DNA of 23,266 nt from Chthonomonadales bacterium (GCA_037443035.1 JBBIPC010000011.1:1-23266), one strand, 5' to 3'; positions 1 to 8,491 are shown, counted from the first letter of the stretch. Numbers and translations are program-made. Notes: generated by a model not told the origin, from the letters alone.

Positions 1-171
1 CATCCGGCCCGGGTTCCCGCCCTTGCCAACATGCTCATTCACCGAGGCCAGAACGCCAGGCACGCAAGTCATGTCCGCGTACACCAACAGCCCCGAGAGC
101 CCGCTGACCTTCGCCCCCTTCTCCATGACTTCCAGGTCTATCGGGAACACGCCGCCCTTGCCGGACCTCAT
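1..171 (-). CDS. 5' fragment of a probable IS1380-family (DDE_Tnp_1_4-like) transposase, running off the left edge
   Basis: Manual translation from ATG 171: MRSGKGGVFPIDLEVMEKGAKVSGLSGLLVYADMTCVPGVLASVNEHVGKGGNPGRM. It resembles the N-terminus I recall for one IS1380 transposase group (GVLPFxxExxxxxxxxTxxxGLxxYxDL...Sxx.HVG...GW). Not in the ORF track because it has no stop inside the window. Confidence 0.5.
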   Translation of the reverse strand, partial: MRSGKGGVFPIDLEVMEKGAKVSGLSGLLVYADMTCVPGVLASVNEHVGKGGNPGRM

Positions 172-278
172 GCCTTCACGTCCAGGGTGACAAGACGTTC
201 GGCATGTCGGACAGATATTCGCCTGTTCACCGGAGATCGAGAAGGAGAAATGCGAGGTAGTTTGGTGGAGGATTGGGG
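1..278 (-). mobile_element. Left end of a putative IS1380-family insertion sequence
   Basis: Transposase-like fragment at 1-171. Candidate terminal inverted repeat CCCCAATCCTCCACC (minus strand, 278-264) resembles the CC..AATC/ATTC-type ends of IS1380 elements. The exact end is uncertain within the G run 275-280, and the partner end lies outside the window. Confidence 0.4.
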
Positions 279-372
279 GGCTCCCTCCTGCTGTGGAACG
301 AGCAGGCGTCCGGTATCATGGGGTAGTCCGGTCTACCGCCGGGCGCTGATGGTGTGACGGGAGGTACCAACG

Positions 373-1194
373 ATCAGCACCGGGGAACTCTCCTTCGGCT
401 TCCTGACATGCCGTGAGTGGGGAACAACTTCTCTCCTGGCAGCCCTGCAGCAGGCCAAGGACGCCGGATTCCGGGGTGTACATATGCCCATCGGGGGCAT
501 CCAATGGCTCCGAGCCCACGGCGCGCAACAGGAGCGAGCGGCGGTCCGGGATCTGGTAGCCAAGCAGGCGCTGTCGCTCTCGGTGGAATGCGCTGGCTGC
601 GGTGTTTCCCTCTGGACGCTTGCCGAGGAGCTGACGGAAGGGGTGATCACCTATCTGGGTCACATGCTGAGTGTGGCGGAGGAGATAGGCGTCCAGCGGG
701 TGTTGCTCCACGCTGGGGAAGTACCATGGTGCGCACGTGGAGCCGGAGGAACCGGCCTGCTGCAGCAGTACCTCGAGTGCTTCCAACAGAACCTCATGCG
801 CGCCGTGGGGCTTGGGATAGGGCGGTTCACGATGTGCATGGAACCCGGGGGGCTGCCGCCGGAAGCCGGAAGTGTGCTCGCGCCCCTCATCCAGGAAGGG
901 TTCTTGCATCTAGCGCTGGATGTGAGCCCTGCGGGAAGTGCCTTGCGTGATGGTTCGTGGGCTCCGTTCCTCGACACCTACGCGGACCGGGTTCGGCTGG
1001 TACGCTTTTGTCGCCTGCCGGAGAGCGCGCAGGAGATGCAGGCTGCCGCTGCGCAAATTGCGCGCCTGGTGCAGCTGGATGTCCACGAATGGTGCCTCTT
1101 GTCGGACGCAGCAGACGACCGGTCCGCTCTGCAGCGCATGCGAGCACTTCTCGACACTGCCCTGCAACTAGCAGTCAACGGCGCGGTGCTGTGA
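373..1194 (+). CDS. Degenerate xylose-isomerase-like (AP_endonuc_2) TIM-barrel protein; start uncertain (ORF-track ATG is 484)
   Basis: Frame is open from 358. Residues upstream of ATG 484 (LSFGFLTCREWGTTSLLAALQQAKDAGFRGVHM) match the family's beta1-alpha1-beta2 pattern. CMEP and LALDV motifs are present. SD GGAGGT at 360-365 is followed by in-frame ACG (370) and ATC (373). Confidence 0.6.
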   Translation: MSTGELSFGFLTCREWGTTSLLAALQQAKDAGFRGVHMPIGGIQWLRAHGAQQERAAVRDLVAKQALSLSVECAGCGVSLWTLAEELTEGVITYLGHMLSVAEEIGVQRVLLHAGEVPWCARGAGGTGLLQQYLECFQQNLMRAVGLGIGRFTMCMEPGGLPPEAGSVLAPLIQEGFLHLALDVSPAGSALRDGSWAPFLDTYADRVRLVRFCRLPESAQEMQAAAAQIARLVQLDVHEWCLLSDAADDRSALQRMRALLDTALQLAVNGAVL

Positions 1195-1200
1195 GGCGGC

Positions 1201-3138
1201 CTAGTCCGGCTCGGAAGCGCTAACGCTCAGGACTCCCAGATCCCATGCGGGTCTCGCCGCGTTCACGTGGACAGCCGACGCTGCGCCCGCTACGTGAAGA
1301 TACACACGACGGCTGTTGGCAGGAGCAGATATCCAGAGCACAGGAAGATAGCGCCCCTCTGGCATGCCACTGAGGCGGAAGCGGCCGGTGGGATCCGTGG
1401 CTGCCGCGCGGACGATCTCCCGAAGCATCATGGGGCTCAGCTCGGTCGGCTTGTCGGCGCGCATGAGGAGGGTTAGCTCGGCCGCTTCGGGGACTAGCCC
1501 GACCCGCAATCGCCAGCTAGGAGGCAGTCCTCTCACGCGACCCGATACAGCGGTATCGAGGAACGGCGTCAGACGCGCGGCTCTCTCCTCGGCCCGGGAA
1601 GCAGGCAGACCTGCCTTCCTGTACCAGCCCAAGGCATCGGGAATGCTGCCGTTCCTGGCACAGAGGTCGCCCGATGGAAGATGCGCGTCGTCGGTAAGGT
1701 AGACGACGGTGGCAGGGTTCCTCAGCACGTCGAGGGCATTGCGCGCTTCCGGAGAACCCGCCTGTGTCCATAGCTCCGCGAGGAAGAGGCGCAGGAACGA
1801 AGCATCGCCCAGGCGTGCCAGCGCCTCCCGGGCAACCTGCATGCGTCCGCGAGGATCGAAATCCCGGCATGCCGCCTCGTACAGCGCCATGTATGCACTG
1901 TTGCTCAGGGCCGACCGGAAGCGCCGGTGGGACAGATGCTCGCGAATCTGGTGAAGCGTTGCATCGGAGAGCGCCGCTTCGGAAATGCCCACGCTGGAGA
2001 CGTCGCGAACCCTCCAGCTACCCCCCACGGGTACAGCAACCCACACTCGCAGGGCTTCCGAGTTAGGAAGCGCCGACCACCAGCGGGGAACGATGGCCTG
2101 TCCCGTACGCCATGAATAGTCCAAACGCGACGCTGCGTAAGCAGGCATGCCTCGTTGTGTACCTACACCTAGCACGAGGGCCAGGACCACACCTGCAAGG
2201 CCGTACCCAGCACGTCTTGTCCGATCCAGACCGGGAGTGCCGAGACCCAGAGCCGTCAGTACCGCCGACGCACCTGCGAGACCTGCTGTGCCGAGCCATA
2301 ACGCCGCCAGTGGTCTCCAGCCTGCTTCGCCCAGTCCGCCGAGTGCTCGACCCATGCGCAGAAGTGCCGCTGGTTCGACTTCCATCACTGCGTAGATGAG
2401 GAGCCAGATCACTGCTCCAAAGGTACTGCCGCGCAGACATAGAGAGATCATCTCCGAGGGCGAGGGCAGGAGATAGTTTCCGCTCTCGCAATCACCCACG
2501 AATCCATTGCGGCTCAGCGCAAGCCACACCGATGCTCCAACAAGCATGGCTGTTAGCACTGTTGCCGCTGGACCGCCGGGCAACGCCGATGCCACGCCGT
2601 AGGCCAAGAAGAAGACGGCGACGAGCACTGGCACGATAGTCACCGTGACCTTGATGAGGGGAGCTGTGTGCATATAGGTCTTGAAGAGGAGCCACCTGTT
2701 CCAGTCCACACCCGTCGTCAGTCGAAAGCTCGGGTTGATGATGCGGAGGATGGTGTAAGCACCGCCGGCTGCGATGGCGATATACAACCCCAGCGCACCG
2801 GCAAGTGGGAATCCCCCGATGGCGGTGAGTACGCGATAGGTACGAGGATTCCAGACGAGCGCAGCCGGGATGGGACCGCTGTCATCCGGGTGGGGCTGGA
2901 TGTTGATGGGCGAATCGCTCCAGAGGAGCATGGCGCACGTGTACTGGGCCAGCGGGATGAACGCAGCCGCCATCGCCAGCAGCGCTCCCGCGGCCAGCCG
3001 AGCCGCCACACTTCCCGGTGCCAGCGACTTACCCTGCAACATCTCACGAGGTGTTTCGTGAGAAGCAGACTGCGCTAGTGGCAGTAGATCACCGTCCGAG
3101 GTTAGTGGTGGCCCAGCGCCTCCTGTTGCATCGGTCAC
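1201..3138 (-). CDS. Polytopic membrane protein with TPR-like segment and C-terminal carboxypeptidase-regulatory-like beta domain
   Basis: About 7-8 hydrophobic segments in the N-terminal half, a TPR-like GDLCARNGSIPDALGWYRKAG, and C-terminal VSGRVRG...ATDPTGRFRLSGMPEGRY. Start moved from 3291 to GTG 3138, which overlaps the upstream TGA (GTGA). ATG 3041 is an alternative start. Confidence 0.75.
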   Translation of the reverse strand: MTDATGGAGPPLTSDGDLLPLAQSASHETPREMLQGKSLAPGSVAARLAAGALLAMAAAFIPLAQYTCAMLLWSDSPINIQPHPDDSGPIPAALVWNPRTYRVLTAIGGFPLAGALGLYIAIAAGGAYTILRIINPSFRLTTGVDWNRWLLFKTYMHTAPLIKVTVTIVPVLVAVFFLAYGVASALPGGPAATVLTAMLVGASVWLALSRNGFVGDCESGNYLLPSPSEMISLCLRGSTFGAVIWLLIYAVMEVEPAALLRMGRALGGLGEAGWRPLAALWLGTAGLAGASAVLTALGLGTPGLDRTRRAGYGLAGVVLALVLGVGTQRGMPAYAASRLDYSWRTGQAIVPRWWSALPNSEALRVWVAVPVGGSWRVRDVSSVGISEAALSDATLHQIREHLSHRRFRSALSNSAYMALYEAACRDFDPRGRMQVAREALARLGDASFLRLFLAELWTQAGSPEARNALDVLRNPATVVYLTDDAHLPSGDLCARNGSIPDALGWYRKAGLPASRAEERAARLTPFLDTAVSGRVRGLPPSWRLRVGLVPEAAELTLLMRADKPTELSPMMLREIVRAAATDPTGRFRLSGMPEGRYLPVLWISAPANSRRVYLHVAGAASAVHVNAARPAWDLGVLSVSASEPD

Positions 3139-4490
3139 GCCAGAGGATTCCGATCCACCACGCTCTCTGTCTTGGGATCGAAGTAGATGACCTTGCTTTG
3201 CCGGTAGGCCATGACCGAGAGTGCAATGGGCACCATGACATGGTAGGCCTTCTGGGCGTCCATGGTTGGCTGCTTGCGAGTGCGGAGACACTCGAGCCAG
3301 TTCCCCATATGGTCGAAGCTGTACCGTCTGGGTACCACGATTTCGTCGAGAACGGTCTTGTCTCCGTCCTTGTGCGTGCGAACTTCAGCGCCTTTGTAGC
3401 AGTCCATGGTTCGGGCCATATCCAGCAGCTCGCTGCGGAAGGGACCTTGGGGGCGGATCACGAGTCCGGGACCGCCGGGCATGAGGACCGCCTTCTGGCC
3501 ACGTACAACGTCGGGTATGGCGTCATCGCACTCCTGGCTGCCGATCATGAAGCACGTGCTCTGGTTGGGATAGTCGGCCTGAATCGTGAAGAGCGTAGGC
3601 ACCTCACGCTTGTCGTTCTTGAGATTGTGAATAGGCTGGCCGCCGTTGGCGGTGACCCTATAGGGCAGGTCATGGCCGATGGCGATGGCCAGGTGGGCGT
3701 ACACGTGATACAGGAGATCCGTGGCCAAGCCCCCGCTGTAGTCCCAGTACTTGCGGAACCGGCTGTAGCGCTCAGGGTCGTAGGGGCGCTTGGGAGCCAG
3801 GCCGAACTTGTGACCCAGCCAGAGATCCCAATCGAGATCGACTCCCGGCTTGCAGGGCTGAATGGGCCAGTTCCAATCGCCGCCAGGGTCATTTCGGAAG
3901 GCGCCTCCCTGGAGCCAGATGACCGGTCCGATGCCGCCGGCCTTGACAATCTCTCCCGCTGTCCACCAACTGCCGTCGGAGCCGGATCCCGCCCCGCACT
4001 GCAGGAGCTTGCCTGTCTGCTGGGCCACCTTCGCCACTTGCTTGGCTTGGTCCAGATAGAGCGTGAGCGGCTTCTCGCAGTAGACATCCTTGCCGGCCTG
4101 CATGGCGTCAATGGTCTGTTTGGAGTGCCAGTGGTCCGGAGTCGCTATGACGACGGCGTCTACGCCCGGCTGCGCCAGAAGCTCGCGATAATCACGGTAG
4201 CCCTTGGCCCTGCCGCCAGTATCTCGGACGCGATCTTGGGTACGCTTGTCCCAGACATCGCATACGGCCACGATCTCGATGGCATCACCGTTGCCGGCGC
4301 GGGCTTGGAGGTCGCGGAAGAGCGCCGTGCCTCGACCACCGACACCGATGATGCCGATGCCGATCTTGCTGTTCGCTTGTGTGGTGGCAGCGCTCCGCGT
4401 GGCAGCCAGGACCGCAGCGCTGCCCAGAGCACCCATGAAGAACGTTCTTCTGCCGAAACCTTCGGTTCGATCCTTCTGAGGATCGCTCAT
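3135..4490 (-). CDS. Tat-exported Gfo/Idh/MocA family oxidoreductase
   Basis: Twin-arginine signal GRRTFF plus hydrophobic stretch; IGIIGVGGRG Rossmann motif; ATPDHWH; YCEKP; DLLYH. ATG 4490 has GGAGG 8 nt upstream. Confidence 0.92.
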   Translation of the reverse strand: MSDPQKDRTEGFGRRTFFMGALGSAAVLAATRSAATTQANSKIGIGIIGVGGRGTALFRDLQARAGNGDAIEIVAVCDVWDKRTQDRVRDTGGRAKGYRDYRELLAQPGVDAVVIATPDHWHSKQTIDAMQAGKDVYCEKPLTLYLDQAKQVAKVAQQTGKLLQCGAGSGSDGSWWTAGEIVKAGGIGPVIWLQGGAFRNDPGGDWNWPIQPCKPGVDLDWDLWLGHKFGLAPKRPYDPERYSRFRKYWDYSGGLATDLLYHVYAHLAIAIGHDLPYRVTANGGQPIHNLKNDKREVPTLFTIQADYPNQSTCFMIGSQECDDAIPDVVRGQKAVLMPGGPGLVIRPQGPFRSELLDMARTMDCYKGAEVRTHKDGDKTVLDEIVVPRRYSFDHMGNWLECLRTRKQPTMDAQKAYHVMVPIALSVMAYRQSKVIYFDPKTESVVDRNPLA

Positions 4491-4598
4491 GTTCTCAGCC
4501 TCCCTTCCATCGGCGCCCCTACGAACCATCGCCGCCGATGATAGATCTATGGGTTCACGGGACTACTCTCACTACTTCTTCCTGCTGCCCCGCCGTTC

Positions 4599-5651
4599 CT
4601 AGACATCGTGGCCATGAGGATGGACTACCACCTTCATACCACGACGCGACCGCATGACCGCAAAGGCCTGCTCGATCTCCTCCAGGGCGAACCTATGCGT
4701 GATGAGCGGCTGAACAGGGACCATTCCCTTCTCCAGGAGCTGCACCGCCAGCTCGTGCTGGCGCGGCACAGAACCGTGGGATCCCGTGACGAAGCACTCC
4801 TTGTAATGGATCGTGTTGGAGAGCACGGACATGGGACGGGCGTCCTTGCCCAGTCCGCCGAAGAGATTCACCACCCCGCGATGGGCCACCATGGCAATGG
4901 CCTGCTCATGGGCTTCCACCGAGCCGCAGGTAGTCATGACGATGTCGGGCCCTTCACCACCGGTTTCTTCCATGCACCGGCTTACGACGTCCTCTTCTTC
5001 GGAGGCGATGTAAACATCGGCTTCATAGCCTCGGGCGATCTCCATGCGCAGGCGGCTCCGCTGGACACCGATGACCTTCGTCGCACCCATGGCCCGTGCC
5101 AGAGCGATCATCATGCACCCGATGGGACCAAGGCCGATGATGGCAACGGACTTGCCCAGGCTCATGCCTGCCAGCTCCATCCCGTTGATGGCGCATGCCA
5201 GCGGTTCTGCCAGGGCCGCCTCATCGAAGGTCAGCTTCTCGCTGAACGGTGTCACAGGCCCCTCTTCCAGCACCAGGCGCGGCAAGAGCATGTACTCGGC
5301 GAAGGCACCTGGAATCTGGTAGCCGATGGCATAGTTGATGGCACAGTTGTTGCCAAGCCCATTGCGGCACCATCGGCACTGGCCGCAGGGCACATCGGCA
5401 CCAATGGCCACGCGGTCGCCAACCTTGACTCGCGTGACGTTCCTTCCTGCGGCAACCACGACCCCGGCGGTCTCATGACCTATGATCGCTGGGGGCTTGA
5501 CCCGCGGGTTGCCGTGGTCGAGAATCCGCAGATCGGAGCCACAGACCGCCACGGCCTCGATGCGTACCAGCGCAGAATCGTCATCCACCACCGGATCGGG
5601 AACGTCCCTGTAGACGATGGTTCCTGGCCCTTGCAGGACTGCTGCCTTCAT
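4599..5651 (-). CDS. Zn-dependent MDR dehydrogenase (sorbitol/L-iditol dehydrogenase-like)
   Basis: VCGSD, GHE, structural Zn CGQCRWC...C, AEPLAC, GLGPIG; GGAGG SD upstream. Confidence 0.92.
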   Translation of the reverse strand: MKAAVLQGPGTIVYRDVPDPVVDDDSALVRIEAVAVCGSDLRILDHGNPRVKPPAIIGHETAGVVVAAGRNVTRVKVGDRVAIGADVPCGQCRWCRNGLGNNCAINYAIGYQIPGAFAEYMLLPRLVLEEGPVTPFSEKLTFDEAALAEPLACAINGMELAGMSLGKSVAIIGLGPIGCMMIALARAMGATKVIGVQRSRLRMEIARGYEADVYIASEEEDVVSRCMEETGGEGPDIVMTTCGSVEAHEQAIAMVAHRGVVNLFGGLGKDARPMSVLSNTIHYKECFVTGSHGSVPRQHELAVQLLEKGMVPVQPLITHRFALEEIEQAFAVMRSRRGMKVVVHPHGHDV

Positions 5652-5685
5652 CCATGCCTCCTTCGAGAACGAGTGGTGCTCATGG

Positions 5686-6759
5686 TCATGAACCGGCGTG
5701 GCCGCCGATCAGGACCTTGCCGAAGAATCCTTGCCGATCGTGCATCCGCCGCAGCACTCCCAGCCCGTCCCGGAGAGAGACGCGATGGCTGATAAGCGGT
5801 TCTAGGTCCAGGCGTCTGTCTGCCATGGCTTGGAGCGATGTTTGCCAGTCATCGCCGGCGCCGTGCACATGGAATGTGGAGTTCCACACACCCACCACAT
5901 GGGTCTCCTGGCGGAGCAGGCGCGATACGACAGGCTTCGGCAGCGTCACGTCGGCGGAAGGATTGCCCAAGAGGATCAGCGTACCGCCACCGCGCAGGCT
6001 CTGGCATGCCTGCACCACCGTCGTCGGCACGCCGGCAGCCTCGACGCATACGCCCGCGCCGCGACCTCCGGTGATGGCCCGAATTGCTTCTGTCGGGTCC
6101 ACCGTAGCACTGTCCACGGCATGCCCGAAGCCCATTTGCCGGGCAAGTTGGAGGCGCTCCTCGATGATATCGAAGAGAACCACGGTCTCTGCGCCGAGCA
6201 CCCGGGCCCATTGGGCCACGAGGTTGCCGATGGGACCGGCTCCGAATACAGCCACGGTCTCGCCAGCAAGAGAGCGGCCGACCATCCGCAGCGCATGCAG
6301 AGCTACCGAGGCCGGTTCGGTCATGGCAGCGTGGCTCAGGTCCACACCGGGCGGGACCTTCCTAAGGTTCGCGACGGGTGATACGACGTATTCGGTGAAG
6401 GCACCATTGGATCTCGAGCCGAGGTAATCGTAGTCGGCACACCTGGCGTATTGTCCTGTCTCGCATGCCTCGCACTTGCCGCACCATAGCAGCGGGAAGA
6501 CCACCGCAGCTTCCCCGAGCCGCCAGCCTTCGACGCCGGGACCGAGCGCCGTCACGGTGCCGGCGAACTCGTGCCCCGGCACGATGGGATGACGGTGAGC
6601 GCCCGTGACGAATATTCGAGGCAGATCCGAGCCGCACACTCCGCACCAAGCGACCCGCAGGAGTGCGGAACCGCTGGGAGGAGCAGGTACCGGAACGTCC
6701 TCCAGCCGAAGGTCCCCAGGACCGTGCAGCACCAGAGCGCTCATCCGTTCCGGCAGCAT
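5686..6759 (-). CDS. Zn-dependent polyol(-phosphate) dehydrogenase, galactitol-1-phosphate 5-dehydrogenase-like
   Basis: GVCGSD, GHEFAG, CGKCEAC...C, YLGSRSNGAF, TEPASVALH, GAGPIG, GVWNS. Substrate not established. Confidence 0.9.
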   Translation of the reverse strand: MLPERMSALVLHGPGDLRLEDVPVPAPPSGSALLRVAWCGVCGSDLPRIFVTGAHRHPIVPGHEFAGTVTALGPGVEGWRLGEAAVVFPLLWCGKCEACETGQYARCADYDYLGSRSNGAFTEYVVSPVANLRKVPPGVDLSHAAMTEPASVALHALRMVGRSLAGETVAVFGAGPIGNLVAQWARVLGAETVVLFDIIEERLQLARQMGFGHAVDSATVDPTEAIRAITGGRGAGVCVEAAGVPTTVVQACQSLRGGGTLILLGNPSADVTLPKPVVSRLLRQETHVVGVWNSTFHVHGAGDDWQTSLQAMADRRLDLEPLISHRVSLRDGLGVLRRMHDRQGFFGKVLIGGHAGS

Positions 6760-6793
6760 GTCTGTTTCTTCTCCTTCCTCTCTCGCACTGCAG

Positions 6794-8467
6794 CTACCTG
6801 GCTCCGCTGTCCCTGCGCATGCGAAGGCCTTCGGCGATGGCCTCCTGCAGACGCGCGGCGTTGTCCCTGAGCGATCCCGGGGCGAACAAGGAGCTCGAAC
6901 CGCACACTAGCACATCCGCACCGGCGGCGACCATTGCGGGCACATTGGCGAAGCTGACGTTACCGTCCACTTGGATGGGTATGGCATGTCCCCTATGCTC
7001 CAGGAACCGCCGGCAGTCAGCGATCTTGCGGATCGTGCTGGGGACCAGAGCCTGGCCTGCGAAGCCGGGGTTGACTGTCATGATCAGGATGAAGTCCAGG
7101 CGATCGAGGACGTGTTCCAGTGTGTGGAGTGGCGTGGCAGGATTCAGGGCGGCTCCGGCCTTCATGCCCAGTTCGCGGATGTGCATGAGGGTACGGTCGA
7201 GATGCCTCGACGATTCCACGTGCACCGATACCCACTCGACTCCCAGGCTAGCCAGTCGCTCGACGAAGAAGTCGTTGTCCATAACCATCAGATGCGCGTC
7301 CAGGGGCCTACTGGCTACCTTTGCCACCGCCTCGACAGTCGCCAGACCGACAGGCATGTTGGGGGTGAAGCTTGCATCCATGATGTCCAGGTGGAGCCAA
7401 TCGGCGCCGATGGCCTCCAGCTCTCGGATGGCATCTTCCAGGTGGAGCAAGTCCGCGCACATCAGCGAGGGCGCGACGCGGACGGTTGACCGCTCCGTGC
7501 CTGCTGACGTTGGCAAGGGATGGACCGAACCGCCATCGCGCGCGAACACAGCCTTGCAATAGCGCAGAGAATCTCGCAGCATGCCTTCGAGCTGGCCATC
7601 GGAGTAGTCCCGACCTGTCTTCGGGCCACCGATCTCCAGGTAGCCAACCAGCTCGCTCACCGGCAGGCGCGATGTGTGAGCACGAAGCTGCTCCACGACG
7701 CGTGGGAGGTCCACGATACCCCGCCTCCGTTCCTCATCCGAGAACCCGAACGTCGAGCAGTACCGCCCATCGGTGTTCTTGAGGTGGAGCTCCGTTATGT
7801 AGGGGAGCGTCTCCTCCAGCAGGCTGAGATAGGTATAGACCACGCGGCCGTCCTGATCCACGTAGCCATGGGAGATGTCGGCACAGACGCCGACATCTGT
7901 CGTCGCATGAGGCTTCGTCGCGTGGTACGAGCGGAGCTCCTCCAGCATATCGCGTATCTCCTGGGGCGTTGCGGGAGGCTCGGCAAGGCAGGACATGGGC
8001 TCCAGCGTCAGGCGCTCCAGCCCTCGCTCGTGTGCATACTCCATCAACTCCTTCATGTGCCGCAGGTACGTGCGAACCCCGCGAGTCTTCGTCTCCATAC
8101 GGTCCCGGAGAACGGAGCCAGGGTTGCTGCCTGCGGACTTCGCACCTACCAATGCGGCCACCTCGATGAGCCTCTCGTAGTTCCGGCGGGCGACATCCAC
8201 CCAGCCTGGCTCGTCTCGGTAGAACCCGCCCAGCTCCCGGTGGGAGGTGAAGACACTCGCAATCGTAATCCCGTATCGAAGAGCCTGCTGTCGAAGGTCC
8301 TCGAAGAAGGAATCCCGCAGATGATAGAGTTCAAAGAACGAGCCGAGCTGAAGGTGGCGCACCTGACACTCGGCCATGAGCCGGAACAGCCACGGGTAGG
8401 AATAGCGGTATTCGATGGGGTCAGACTTGACGCCGACGTGAAGCTGAAGCTGGCTTGGGTTGTTCAT
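6794..8467 (-). CDS. Fusion of an N-terminal xylose-isomerase-like (AP_endonuc_2) TIM barrel and a C-terminal ribulose-phosphate/D-allulose-6-phosphate 3-epimerase domain
   Basis: N-domain has the E/D-H/H/E metal motifs (LTLEPMS, ADISHGY, ELHLKNTD, YLEIGG). C-domain (about 7483-6794) has APSLMCAD, HLDIMD, DAHLMV, MTVNPGFAGQ, IQVDG, GSSSLF. Start moved to ATG 8467 to avoid overlapping the divergent gene. Confidence 0.88.
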   Translation of the reverse strand: MNNPSQLQLHVGVKSDPIEYRYSYPWLFRLMAECQVRHLQLGSFFELYHLRDSFFEDLRQQALRYGITIASVFTSHRELGGFYRDEPGWVDVARRNYERLIEVAALVGAKSAGSNPGSVLRDRMETKTRGVRTYLRHMKELMEYAHERGLERLTLEPMSCLAEPPATPQEIRDMLEELRSYHATKPHATTDVGVCADISHGYVDQDGRVVYTYLSLLEETLPYITELHLKNTDGRYCSTFGFSDEERRRGIVDLPRVVEQLRAHTSRLPVSELVGYLEIGGPKTGRDYSDGQLEGMLRDSLRYCKAVFARDGGSVHPLPTSAGTERSTVRVAPSLMCADLLHLEDAIRELEAIGADWLHLDIMDASFTPNMPVGLATVEAVAKVASRPLDAHLMVMDNDFFVERLASLGVEWVSVHVESSRHLDRTLMHIRELGMKAGAALNPATPLHTLEHVLDRLDFILIMTVNPGFAGQALVPSTIRKIADCRRFLEHRGHAIPIQVDGNVSFANVPAMVAAGADVLVCGSSSLFAPGSLRDNAARLQEAIAEGLRMRRDSGAR

Positions 8468-8478
8468 GCGCGTTGGCC

Positions 8479-8491
8479 GGATATTGTAGCA
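8479..8491 (-). promoter_or_regulatory. Extended -10 promoter (TG-C-TACAAT) for the leftward epimerase/dehydrogenase operon
   Basis: Minus strand reads TGCTACAATATCC; the -10 hexamer lies 15 nt before ATG 8467; no recognisable -35. Confidence 0.55.

Noticed and set aside
31..486. ORF 31-357 as a gene, or selenocysteine/readthrough at TGA 355 joining it to the TIM barrel
   Set aside because: 31-357 has no recognisable protein features and lies antisense to the transposase-like frame. A strong SD lies after the TGA, and no SECIS-like hairpin or catalytic Cys context was evident.
3139..3291. N-terminal extension of the membrane protein given by the ORF track
   Set aside because: It overlaps the Gfo gene by about 150 nt; the GTGA overlap at 3138 is a more parsimonious start.
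3018..5792. Long antisense ORFs 3018-4541 and 4608-5792 (likewise 7520-8689, 8464-9558, 9775-10746, 12136-13293)
   Set aside because: Shadow frames of well-supported genes, expected from high-GC codon bias; no family motifs.
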